Made by a program: the position numbers and the translations under genes
Shown here: piece after piece, positions 7,338-15,412 of the stretch
How the letters are laid out: every line of letters starts with the position of its first letter
Position numbering within the stretch: position 1 is the first letter of the stretch
Notes under the pieces: model-generated
Seen by the model: the letters and a program-made list of their open reading frames with translations, nothing else
Database searches by the model: none
Told to the model about the DNA's origin: nothing
From: Candidatus Dormiibacterota bacterium
GTDB taxonomy: Bacteria > Chloroflexota > Dormibacteria > Dormibacterales > Dormibacteraceae
DNA: 24,000 bases
Direction of reading: 5' to 3'
Assembly: GCA_035689345.1 (NCBI GenBank)
Contig: DASSLR010000012.1
Coordinates: forward strand, 33,065 to 57,064

Positions 7338-7964
7338 TCAGGCGAGGAACTCCCACAGTGATCCGGCCAGGAACACGGGCACGGCCAGTGCGTAGACGTA
7401 CCCAGCGTCCTTGAGCGCCAGGGTCGGAACGCGCAGGCCGAGGATCGAGGGTAACGAGCGGTCGGCCCGGACTCGCCAGGCCGCCAGCCCCACGTACACG
7501 CCGGCGCCCATCGTCAGCACGTAGCCGATGAGCTGCAGCACGACCGTCACGAGGTAGTAGACGGCGCTCGAGGGCGATGCCAGGCGGCTCACGTGGTTTC
7601 GGTCGATCGAGACGACGCCGCCCACCCACCCGCGGTACGCGGCGATCGGAAACGGCCCGACGACAGACAGGCCGGTCACCGACGTAGGGATCGCACCCAG
7701 AACGAGGTTCGATCCGAAATCGAGCAGCGCAGCCTGCAGGCGATCGCCGTGGTTGTACGCGATGGTGATCGGGCTCGCCTGCCCGCCAGCCACCACCGCG
7801 TCGCGCTGCTCGAGCGCGACCGGCCATCCCGCCGAGGCAAGTCCGATTCCCAGGCCGACGAAGAGGAGGTAGGTCGCCGCGGACGCGAGGATCGGCCCGC
7901 GCGCGCGGCGAAGGGCGAGCCGAACGCGACGCAGGAAGCCCATTGTCTCTCGCCAAAGTCGCAC
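7338..7964 (-). CDS. Polytopic integral membrane protein (possibly SpoIIM/DUF95-like)
   Basis: 208 aa with a basic N-terminus (RRVRLALRRARG) and about 5 hydrophobic helices. The family assignment is only a resemblance. An alternative start is ATG 7943. Confidence 0.55.
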   Translation of the reverse strand: MRLWRETMGFLRRVRLALRRARGPILASAATYLLFVGLGIGLASAGWPVALEQRDAVVAGGQASPITIAYNHGDRLQAALLDFGSNLVLGAIPTSVTGLSVVGPFPIAAYRGWVGGVVSIDRNHVSRLASPSSAVYYLVTVVLQLIGYVLTMGAGVYVGLAAWRVRADRSLPSILGLRVPTLALKDAGYVYALAVPVFLAGSLWEFLA

Positions 7965-8073
7965 CCGGTCGATGTCGCCCGTAGTGCCTTCCGGCCCGCG
8001 TCTTCGGGGCCGGCCGCCGGTTGGCCCCCCGCCGCGCTCGCGTCAGAGTGGACACAGGAAGGAGGTTGGCAAA

Positions 8074-8652
8074 ATGGCCGACAGAGTCAGGACCGGCGCC
8101 GCGCCGCGCGCCGACGCTCGGTGGTGGTTGGGAGCCGCAGCGGTCGCGGCCGCGGCGGCCGCCACGGTTTACTGGTTCGATCCCGCGAGTGGCCGGTCAC
8201 GGCGCGCTCGTACCGCGCAACAGGTCGGGCACGTGGCCAGGGCGGCCCGAGCTCGAATGGCGCGCGAGATTCACTACCTGTGCACGACCGCAAGCGGCAA
8301 GGCCTTGCACCACATCGCGGGTGACAAGCCCGTCGCACTCGAGGGTCGCGCCCTGCTCGATCGCGTCGAAAGCGAGCTGTTCACCGATCCGGCCATCCCG
8401 CACGGTGCTCTCAACTTCGACGTCGAGGGCACGACCGTAGTGCTTCGCGGCCAGCTGCCGTCACAGGCCGATATCGATCGGGTCAAGGGCGCGGTGAAGA
8501 AAGTGCGTGGCGTCGCAAAGGTCAGGAGCTTCCTGCACCTTCCGGGCATGCCGGCGCCCAACAAGGTGTCGGCCTTGCTGGCGGGAACCGCCGCCACCCG
8601 GCAGGACGGATGGCCCGAGGAGCCGCCGCCCGACGTCGACTCGGAAGCCTGA
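8074..8652 (+). CDS. BON-domain protein (OsmY-like) with an N-terminal hydrophobic anchor
   Basis: GGAAGGAGG at 8057-8065 precedes ATG 8074. The anchor is WWLGAAAVAAAAAATVYWF. The C-terminal BON-type segment is LLDRVESELFTDPAIPHGALNFDVEGTTVVLRGQLPSQADIDRVKGAVKKVRGVAKV. Confidence 0.75.
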   Translation: MADRVRTGAAPRADARWWLGAAAVAAAAAATVYWFDPASGRSRRARTAQQVGHVARAARARMAREIHYLCTTASGKALHHIAGDKPVALEGRALLDRVESELFTDPAIPHGALNFDVEGTTVVLRGQLPSQADIDRVKGAVKKVRGVAKVRSFLHLPGMPAPNKVSALLAGTAATRQDGWPEEPPPDVDSEA

Positions 8653-8655
8653 GGC

Positions 8656-9189
8656 TTAACCCAGGAAGACGCCGGGGACCGTCCACCCGGCGTTGAAGTG
8701 GCGGCCGCTCAGCTCCTCCACCTTCAGCGCCATCCAGTGCAGCTTCGAACCCGGCGCGTCGGGCTTCACCGCCAGCCGGCGCAGCTCGCGACTGGCCTCG
8801 TCCGTGGCCTCGGTGATGTCCTCCAGGCGCCCGAACGCCATCACGCTCCAGCCTTCGAGCGTGTGCGGGTCGTACTCATCGACCTCGAAGCACGAGATCG
8901 AGCCAGGGCCGTGCTCGAGCTTGGCGCCCGGTGACGTGCGAAAGACGATCGCCGACTCCCCGACCGCGTAGTTGACGGGAAACAGATGCGGGCGGTCGTG
9001 CACGTTGATGACGACACGTCCCAAACGCTGAGTGCGCAGGCGACTCCAGCACTGCTCGGCGGAGAGAGCCAGCACATCGGGCGACGCGTAGACGGTGCGC
9101 GCCCGCCCAGGTGATTCCGATCCGGCTGCAGGTGAATTGCCCATCACGAAGCGAGTGTGGGCGGCATGCTGACCACGGATCACGGCCAT
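8656..9189 (-). CDS. Pyridoxamine 5'-phosphate oxidase-like (split-barrel flavin/F420-binding) family protein
   Basis: LSAEQCWSRLRTQRLGRVVINVHDRPHLFPVNYAV...IVFRTSPGAKL...FEVDEYDPHTLEGWSVMAFG. ATG lies 6 nt after the ATPase stop. Confidence 0.8.
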   Translation of the reverse strand: MAVIRGQHAAHTRFVMGNSPAAGSESPGRARTVYASPDVLALSAEQCWSRLRTQRLGRVVINVHDRPHLFPVNYAVGESAIVFRTSPGAKLEHGPGSISCFEVDEYDPHTLEGWSVMAFGRLEDITEATDEASRELRRLAVKPDAPGSKLHWMALKVEELSGRHFNAGWTVPGVFLG

Positions 9190-9195
9190 TGGGCC

Positions 9196-11493
9196 CTATG
9201 AGAACCGGCGACTGGCCCTGGCCTGGACGAGCGCGTTGGAGCCCATCTCGAGGGCACCGAGCGCCAGGCTCACGATCCCGACCGCCGCCAGCATCACCAG
9301 CGGTCGCGGGAAGTCGAGGTCGAAAAAGGCACGCGCTGGCGGTATCAACAGCACCGTCGCCAGCCCGAGGGCCATGCCGATCACGAGCGCGCGTCGCTGA
9401 TTGGTCAGGGGGCTTGCCAGTCGCGCCAGCACCCAGAGGCCGACCGCCGCCATCACGATCGTGGCCAGCGTCCGCTCCTCGCTCAGCGGAATGTCCGGCT
9501 CGCCGATCGCCAGGGCGTAGGCGGTGAAGGTGGCCGCCGCCGCGACCAACCCGGTCGGCAGCGCGAACGCGAGCACGCGCCGGAGGAATGGCTTGCGCGA
9601 GGGCAGAAAGCTCGGGCCGAGGGCCAGAAAGACCGAAGGAATTCCGATCGTGAAAGCGCTGATCAGGGTGAGCTGGCGTGGCAGGAACGGGAACGGAAAG
9701 ACGGCGACCCCGACCGCGATTGCGAGCAGGAACGCATACACCGTCTTGGTGAAGAACAGGCTCGCGAGCCGCTCGACGTTGCCGATGACTCGCCGGCCCT
9801 CGCTGAGCACCGCGGGCACGGCGTCGAAAGATCCCTCGGTCAGAACGCACGCCGCGACCGCCCGCGCGGCCGCGCTTCCACCACCGAATGCGATCCCGAG
9901 GTCGGCCTCCTTCAGCGCGAGCACGTCGTTGACTCCATCGCCTGCCATCGCGACCGTGTGCCCGGCCGAGCGGAGGGCGCGAATGATCGCGCGCTTCTGC
10001 TCCGGCCTGACCCGGCCGAAGATCGAGGCTTGCTTCGCGACCTCCACCAGCTCGGGCCCGTCATCGGGCAGCCGGCGGCAGTCGACCGCCTCGAGCGAAT
10101 CGAGGCCGACCTGCTTCGCGATCCTGGCCACCGAGTCCGGATGGTCGCCGGAGATGAGCTTGATGGCCAGGCCCTGGTCGACCAGGTGCTTCAAGGTGGC
10201 CGCCGCACCGGGCTTGACGGACTCTTCCAGGACGACGAGCGCGGCCGGATCGAGACCGTCGACTCCGTCCTCGCTCACGCCGGCCGCCTGGGCGATGAGA
10301 AGTGCGCGCCGGTCGGTGGCGAAGGAGCGGTCGGGCACGATGACGTCGGGCGCTCCGATCACCCACCAGCCGCGGTCGTGAAATCTCGCGGCGCTCCATT
10401 TGCGCTCCGAGGAAAAAGGCACAGCTGCCTCGAGCACCCAGCCGGCCGGTGACGGATTCGCCTCTGCGATCGCGCGCATCGCAGGGTTGGCCCGTGGGTC
10501 GATATGCGTGATGGCGCCGAGCGCCTCCTTCCAGGTCGGATCGGCGGTCAGCGCATCGACGCGCGCGACGCTCACCTCGGCAGCCGTGAGAGTTCCGGTC
10601 TTGTCGAAGCAGACCACGTCGGTCCGGGCCAGCATCTCGACGGCCGCCAGCTGCTGGATCAGCACCTTGCGGCGGCCCAGCCTGATCACCGCCAGGGCCA
10701 GCGTCGCGCTCGTGAGGAGCACGAGACCTTCCGGGACCAGCGTGATCACGCCGGCCACGGAGGCGCGGGCGGCGTCGGGCAGCGAGGGGTTGGCGCGCAG
10801 CTGCGAGACCACGAGCAGCAGCGCGGTGGGCGCGATGATCCAGGTCACCAGTCGCAGGATCTGGTTGATGCCGAGCATGAGCTCCGAGCGCACGAGCTGA
10901 AAACGCCGCGCCTCGACGGTGAGCCGTCGCGCGTACGTCGCCTCACCCACCTTCGAGGCTCGATAGCTGCCGCCGCCGGCCGAGACGAAGCTGCCGGCCA
11001 GGAGCATGTCGCCACGCTTCTTGCTGACCGGCGTCGCCTCACCCGTGAGCAGCGCCTCGTTGACCTCGACCGGCGAGTCACTTTCGAGCGGGCCGTCGAC
11101 GACGACCTCGTCCCCTACGGCGATCTCGAGCAAGTCGTCCTGCACGATCTCGTCCAGACCGAGCTCTGTGCGCCGGCCGTCCCGGATGACTGTTGCCCGC
11201 GGCGCCGCAACGAGGGCCAGCCGGTCCAGCGTGACCTTGGCGCGCACCTCCTGCGCGATCCCGATCAGCGCGTTGAGCACAAGGATCAGGCCGAACACGG
11301 CATCCTGAAGCGGCCCGACGATCAGGATCACGACGAGCATAGATCCCAGCAACGCGTTGAACCGGGTCAGCAGATTCGCCTTCAGGATGTCGCCGATGCT
11401 CCGGCTCGTGACGTCGCGCGTGGTGTTGACGAGACCGCGCTCGGCATGCTCGCTCACCTGCTGCCGGGTGAGGCCCCCATTGAGAACGGCCAT
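9196..11493 (-). CDS. P-type cation-translocating ATPase (P2-like, mycobacterial CtpE-like; probable Ca2+/divalent cation)
   Basis: 765 aa with TGE (LLTGEATPV), PEGL in M4 (VPEGLVLLTS), the phosphorylation site CFDKTGTLT, the hinge MAGDGVNDVLALKEADLGIAFG, and multiple TM helices at both ends. Confidence 0.95.
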   Translation of the reverse strand: MAVLNGGLTRQQVSEHAERGLVNTTRDVTSRSIGDILKANLLTRFNALLGSMLVVILIVGPLQDAVFGLILVLNALIGIAQEVRAKVTLDRLALVAAPRATVIRDGRRTELGLDEIVQDDLLEIAVGDEVVVDGPLESDSPVEVNEALLTGEATPVSKKRGDMLLAGSFVSAGGGSYRASKVGEATYARRLTVEARRFQLVRSELMLGINQILRLVTWIIAPTALLLVVSQLRANPSLPDAARASVAGVITLVPEGLVLLTSATLALAVIRLGRRKVLIQQLAAVEMLARTDVVCFDKTGTLTAAEVSVARVDALTADPTWKEALGAITHIDPRANPAMRAIAEANPSPAGWVLEAAVPFSSERKWSAARFHDRGWWVIGAPDVIVPDRSFATDRRALLIAQAAGVSEDGVDGLDPAALVVLEESVKPGAAATLKHLVDQGLAIKLISGDHPDSVARIAKQVGLDSLEAVDCRRLPDDGPELVEVAKQASIFGRVRPEQKRAIIRALRSAGHTVAMAGDGVNDVLALKEADLGIAFGGGSAAARAVAACVLTEGSFDAVPAVLSEGRRVIGNVERLASLFFTKTVYAFLLAIAVGVAVFPFPFLPRQLTLISAFTIGIPSVFLALGPSFLPSRKPFLRRVLAFALPTGLVAAAATFTAYALAIGEPDIPLSEERTLATIVMAAVGLWVLARLASPLTNQRRALVIGMALGLATVLLIPPARAFFDLDFPRPLVMLAAVGIVSLALGALEMGSNALVQARASRRFS

Positions 11494-11505
11494 GTTCAGG
11501 CGAGC

Positions 11506-13209
11506 CTAGGTCACGTAGTCGGCGATGAGGACCAACCTGTAGCCGCGCTGCTGGATGTCCGCGATCACCTTCGGTAGCGCGTCTGCGTCGAGCGTCGACC
11601 CGTCGTTGGCGGCGCCGACGTGCATCAGCACTATCTCGCCGGGCTGCAGCGCGTTCAGCACTCGTTGCTCGACCGTGGCCGCTGACTGACCGTTGTTCCG
11701 GCCCTCCCAACCGAGCGTGTCGACGGTCCAGCGGATGCCACCATAACCCAGGGCATGGGCATCGGCGAGAACGCGTGCGTCGGTGTTGCCGTATGGAAAG
11801 CGAAACAGGGGTCGAGGATCCTTGCCGGTGGCCGCCTGGATCACGGATTGCGCGTGCGATATCTGTTCGCGAACCTGGCTGTCGTTCAGGGTCGTCAGCC
11901 GCGGATGGTCATACGTGTGGTTGCCGATGCCATAGGAATCCGCGATCGTGCGCGCGTCCTTGGGGTAGACCTCGGTCCATCGTCCGGTGAGGAAGAACGT
12001 CGCCGGAACTCCGGCGGCTTTCAAAGCCGCGAGTATCGGAGCCACTCCGGCGTTGTTGCCACCCGCGTCGAAGGTCAGGGCGACGACCTTGTCCGTGGTC
12101 GGCAGCTTCGACCATTCGCCCCCGGCGAGTGACTTCGGAACACCTGGCGGAGTCGGGCTCGGCGTTGGCGGCGCGGCCGGCAGAAGCCTGCGGGCGCCGG
12201 AGTAATCGCCGATGGTGGGCATGGAGGCGAGCGCCACCTCTTCCACGGCGTAACCGGGTGAAGGCGAGTCGATGACCATGCCGTTGCCCACGTACATGGC
12301 CACGTGGTACGCGCTGCCGGCCGACGAGAAGAAAACGAGGTCGCCGGGTTGCAGGTTCTGCCGCGACACCGGCGTGCCGAACCCTGACTGAGGGTCGGAG
12401 TCGCGCGGGATCGCGATCCCGTACGTCGCGTACAGGAGGTGCACCAGGCCCGAGCAGTCGAATCCGAACCCCGACGTCCCACCCCACAGGTAAGGAAGGC
12501 CCTTGAACTGGCGCGCGCTGGCGATGACCGCCGCCGCATTGACCGAGCGGACGCCCCGGCCGACCGCCGACGCGTCGACCGTCATCACCGCACCCCCGGG
12601 CAGCCCGACCCGGTAAGAGGCGCTGGACCCATCGAGAAGAGGAAGCGTGGTGCCGAAGCTCACCTCGATCGCCGTGCCTGCGCCCCTCAGCCATGCGGTG
12701 GCGCTCGTCACGGTCACGGTCTCGCTCGCGTCCGGCGGCGGCGCCGCGGTCAGCTGGCGCACTGGAATCCAGGCCGGGTATCCGCGGGAATCCAGCGGCG
12801 TCGACTGTTCGGGCACCACCACCTGCGCCCAGCTGCCGGCGACCTTCAGCACGAGGACCTCGTCCCCGAGGAGAACCTGCGTGTCGAGGCGGTCGATCAA
12901 TCCGACCTTGTCGGCCGCGCTCATCGTGGCGAGCCACGATCGGATCTGGGCGGGATTCTGCAACGCGGGAGCGTCGACGGCCCGGGGTGCCTGTGGCGAG
13001 CGCCAGCCGGAAGCCACGCTCACCGCCACCCACGCGGGTGCCCCGGCCTTCACCTCGGGCGACGGGCTCGGTGCGGGCGACGAAGGTTGCGCCGAGGGCG
13101 AAGCGAAAGCGGAAGGCGAGCTGCCTCCGACCGGAGGCCGGCTGCCGCACGCGGCGAGCGCCAACATCAAGAAGACGGCGCCGATCAGACGCAATCCGCC
13201 TCGTCGCAC
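11506..13209 (-). CDS. Secreted lipoprotein fusing SH3b-like repeats, an NlpC/P60 peptidoglycan endopeptidase and a NodB-type polysaccharide deacetylase
   Basis: I use the GTG start at 13209, which gives the signal/lipobox RRGGLRLIGAVFLMLALAACGS. NlpC/P60: YLWGGTSGFGFDCSGLVHLLY...YHVAMYVGNGMVID. NodB: ALTFDAGGN, NHTYDH, RFPYG, LMHVG. The track's upstream extension to 13572 is Arg/Gln-rich and crosses a + strand terminator. Confidence 0.9.
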   Translation of the reverse strand: MRRGGLRLIGAVFLMLALAACGSRPPVGGSSPSAFASPSAQPSSPAPSPSPEVKAGAPAWVAVSVASGWRSPQAPRAVDAPALQNPAQIRSWLATMSAADKVGLIDRLDTQVLLGDEVLVLKVAGSWAQVVVPEQSTPLDSRGYPAWIPVRQLTAAPPPDASETVTVTSATAWLRGAGTAIEVSFGTTLPLLDGSSASYRVGLPGGAVMTVDASAVGRGVRSVNAAAVIASARQFKGLPYLWGGTSGFGFDCSGLVHLLYATYGIAIPRDSDPQSGFGTPVSRQNLQPGDLVFFSSAGSAYHVAMYVGNGMVIDSPSPGYAVEEVALASMPTIGDYSGARRLLPAAPPTPSPTPPGVPKSLAGGEWSKLPTTDKVVALTFDAGGNNAGVAPILAALKAAGVPATFFLTGRWTEVYPKDARTIADSYGIGNHTYDHPRLTTLNDSQVREQISHAQSVIQAATGKDPRPLFRFPYGNTDARVLADAHALGYGGIRWTVDTLGWEGRNNGQSAATVEQRVLNALQPGEIVLMHVGAANDGSTLDADALPKVIADIQQRGYRLVLIADYVT

Positions 13210-13329
13210 AACCCAATGGTTCGTGCGTGGCCGGCGGTGCGGGAGGGCCGCTCGACACCGTTTTCTCCGGCCGCCCGACCCTTGGACCGCCTGCTGCCTG
13301 GGACCACGCTTACGCCAGAGGTGATCGAA

Positions 13330-13536
13330 ATGACGGCACTTTTGCTGGCGGGCTACGTTCCCGCACCGCTGCCGGCCGCCACCGGAAGCAGCGATCCATG
13401 GGGCATCGCTCTCGTGGTCGGCAGCGTCCTGGCTCTGGCGGTCGCCATCACCGTGGCGCTCGTCTACTTCAACCGGCCCGCCCCGAAGCGGGTGGAGAAG
13501 GCAGCTCCAATCGAGCACTTGCGGAAGGCCGCCTGA
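13330..13536 (+). CDS. Small single-pass membrane protein (68 aa), not listed separately in the ORF track
   Basis: GAGGTG SD at 18-23 (13318-13323) sits 6 nt before ATG 13330. The TM segment is WGIALVVGSVLALAVAITVALVYF, followed by a basic tail. About 84 % GC at third codon positions by hand count. A strong intrinsic terminator starts 23 nt after the stop. Confidence 0.5.
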   Translation: MTALLLAGYVPAPLPAATGSSDPWGIALVVGSVLALAVAITVALVYFNRPAPKRVEKAAPIEHLRKAA

Positions 13537-13558
13537 TACCAGGCAAGCGGATACGAAG

Positions 13559-13593
13559 GGGGAGCGCCACATGCGCTCCCCTCTCGTTTTGTT
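13559..13593 (+). terminator. Rho-independent terminator
   Basis: GGGGAGCGC (13559-13567), loop CACAT, GCGCTCCCC (13573-13581), followed by TCTCGTTTTGTT. Confidence 0.7.
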
Positions 13594-13669
13594 GAGGCCG
13601 CACGGCCCGCGCGGCGTAGGTCCTTTCGCTCTTATCCCTTCGCGCGAGGCCGTCGATCATCCGAGCCAG

Positions 13670-13960
13670 ATGGATCGCAAGAGGCGCGTCCTGGTTGCCT
13701 GTGGAACGGCGATCGCCACTTCCACCCATGTGGCCAACCGGCTGGAGCGTGAATTCGCGGCTCGCGGTCTCGACATCGCCATCACTCAGTGCCGCGTGGC
13801 CGAGGTGCCATCGCACGTGGGAGATGTCGACGTGGTCGTGACGACGGCGCCTATGGCGCCCGTCGATTCACTGCCGATCGTGAGCGGGATCCCGTTCCTC
13901 ACCGGCATCGGCGAAGACGAAGCCTTGAAGCAAATCCTCGAAGCGGTTGAAGGAGGTTAA
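13670..13960 (+). CDS. PTS EIIB component, galactitol family (GatB/SgcB-like)
   Basis: 96 aa. RRVLVACGTAIATSTHVANRLE...ITQCRVAEV...PIVSGIPFLTGIGEDEALKQILEAV is collinear with E. coli GatB as I recall it, with the active-site Cys in VACG. Confidence 0.9.
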   Translation: MDRKRRVLVACGTAIATSTHVANRLEREFAARGLDIAITQCRVAEVPSHVGDVDVVVTTAPMAPVDSLPIVSGIPFLTGIGEDEALKQILEAVEGG

Positions 13961-13969
13961 CGCGAGGAA

Positions 13970-15397
13970 ATGGACTGGGATTCGATAGTGACGTTCGTTC
14001 GGGACCAGCTGGGCAACACCGTCGTCTTGCCCATCGTCATCGCCGCGCTCGGTATCGCGCTCGGTCAGCGATGGCCGAAGGCGATTCGCTCTGGCCTGAC
14101 GGTCGGTGTGGGCTTCGTCGGCCTGGGGCTGGTCATCACGCTTCTGTTGGGTGCGCTGGGCCCCGCCACCGACGCGATCGTTTCGCGGTTTGGGCTGCAC
14201 CTGACCACGATGGACGTAGGCTGGCCGGTGGCGGCCGCAATCGCGTTCGGCACGACGGTCGGTGCGTTGATCATCCCGTTGGCGCTCGGCGTCAACGTGG
14301 CGATGCTGCTGACGCGACTGACCAAGACCCTCAACGTCGACATCTGGAACTTCTGGCACTTCGCCTTCACCGGGTCGCTGGTGTACCTGGTGACCGGGCG
14401 CAACATCTGGGCCGGCTTGATCGCAGCCGCCGTCCACGCCGTCATCTCGCTGAAGGTGGCGGACATCACCGCTCCGGCGATCCAGAAGTTCTTCAACCTG
14501 CCTGGTGTCTCGATTCCGCAGGGCTTCGCCGTCACCACGGTGCCGGTCGTCCTCGCCTTCAACTGGGTGCTCGACCGCATCCCGTTCGTCAAGGACATCA
14601 AGATCGACTCCGCGACCCTGCAGAAGAGGCTGGGCGTCCTCGGCGAGCCCTTGATCCTGGGCGTGATCCTCGGCGTCTTCTTCGGCCTCGTCGCCGGATA
14701 CGACTTCCCGAAGACCGCCGTACTGTCCGTGCAGCTTGGTGCGGTGATGCTGCTCGTGCCGCGCATCATCGGCATCTTCATGGAAGGCCTTGTGCCCGTC
14801 TCGGAGGCGGCGCGCGTCTTCTTCCAGAAGCACTTCCACGGCCGTGAGTACTACGTCGGTCTGGACTCCGCCATCCTGATCGGGCACCCGATCACCATCG
14901 CGGCGGCGATCCTGCTGATCCCGACTGTGCTGCTCCTGGCCGCCATCCTTCCCGGCAACACGACCCTGCCGTTCGCGGACCTCGCGGCGCTCGCGTTCTT
15001 CGTGGCGATGGCGACACCGCTCACCAAGGGCAACCTGTTCCGCACGTACGTGATCGGCGCTTTCACCATGGTCATGGTCCTGTACCTGACCACGTTCTTC
15101 GGACCGAACCTGACGCAGACGGCGTCGGATATCGGTTTCAAGCTGCCCTCGACCGTCGCGGCCGGTGCCACCATCAGCGCGCTCTCGGGCGGCAACCTCT
15201 ACGCGTTCATCAACTACATCTCGGCGCAGTGGCTCGGCATCTTCGGCCCGATCGCGCTGCTGCTGATCGTCGGCGCAGGCGCGTACCTGCTGCGCAACTA
15301 CACGTACAGCCCCAAGGAGGCTCCGACCGCTCCGCCGGCGGCTGAGGCTCCGAAGCCGACTGTCCTGCCACCGACCGCGAGGCCGGTGACCACCTGA
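13970..15397 (+). CDS. PTS EIIC component, galactitol family (GatC/SgcC-like), with a Pro/Ala-rich C-terminal tail
   Basis: 475 aa. VLPIVIAALGIALG, GVGFVGLGLVI, NVAMLLTRLTKTLNVDIWNFWHFAFTG, LVPRIIGIFMEGLVPVSEAAR, LPFADLAALAFFVAMA and GNLFRT parallel E. coli GatC. Confidence 0.95.
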   Translation: MDWDSIVTFVRDQLGNTVVLPIVIAALGIALGQRWPKAIRSGLTVGVGFVGLGLVITLLLGALGPATDAIVSRFGLHLTTMDVGWPVAAAIAFGTTVGALIIPLALGVNVAMLLTRLTKTLNVDIWNFWHFAFTGSLVYLVTGRNIWAGLIAAAVHAVISLKVADITAPAIQKFFNLPGVSIPQGFAVTTVPVVLAFNWVLDRIPFVKDIKIDSATLQKRLGVLGEPLILGVILGVFFGLVAGYDFPKTAVLSVQLGAVMLLVPRIIGIFMEGLVPVSEAARVFFQKHFHGREYYVGLDSAILIGHPITIAAAILLIPTVLLLAAILPGNTTLPFADLAALAFFVAMATPLTKGNLFRTYVIGAFTMVMVLYLTTFFGPNLTQTASDIGFKLPSTVAAGATISALSGGNLYAFINYISAQWLGIFGPIALLLIVGAGAYLLRNYTYSPKEAPTAPPAAEAPKPTVLPPTARPVTT

Positions 15398-15412
15398 AAG
15401 CTGGGAGGTATT

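Noticed and set aside
7258-8055. Long alternative-frame ORFs. This one and similar cases: 8876-9850, 11909-13258, 12439-13536 (upstream part), 12693-13595, 16686-17723, 10504-11577 and 18467-19390
   Set aside because: All overlap better-supported genes in another frame or on the other strand. All are Arg/Pro/Gly/Ala-rich with no motifs, as expected from stop-codon scarcity at this GC content.
8174-8184. GGTTCGATCCC, a tRNA T-loop-like string; a similar GGTTCGATCCG lies near 7697
   Set aside because: The flanking bases cannot form a T-stem (CTGG versus CCGC), and there is no acceptor or anticodon arm. The string lies in-frame within the BON-protein coding sequence (YWFDPA).
13210-13560. I looked for a c-di-AMP (ydaO-type) riboswitch in the 5' region of the NlpC/P60 gene, since such riboswitches precede cell-wall hydrolase genes in actinobacteria
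   Set aside because: I could not find the conserved ACCCGAA / GTCAGCTAACC-type blocks or the pseudo-symmetric helices on the minus strand. The region is better explained by the + strand small ORF and its terminator.
13594-13669. I searched the PTS operon upstream region for a cre box, a PRD/RAT antiterminator or a clear -35/-10 promoter. It contains the direct repeats CCTTTCGC / CCCTTCGC and two GAGGCCG copies
   Set aside because: The repeats are short and GC-typical. No terminator/antiterminator pair and no confident sigma-70-like hexamers at proper spacing are present. I cannot support a regulatory call from sequence alone.
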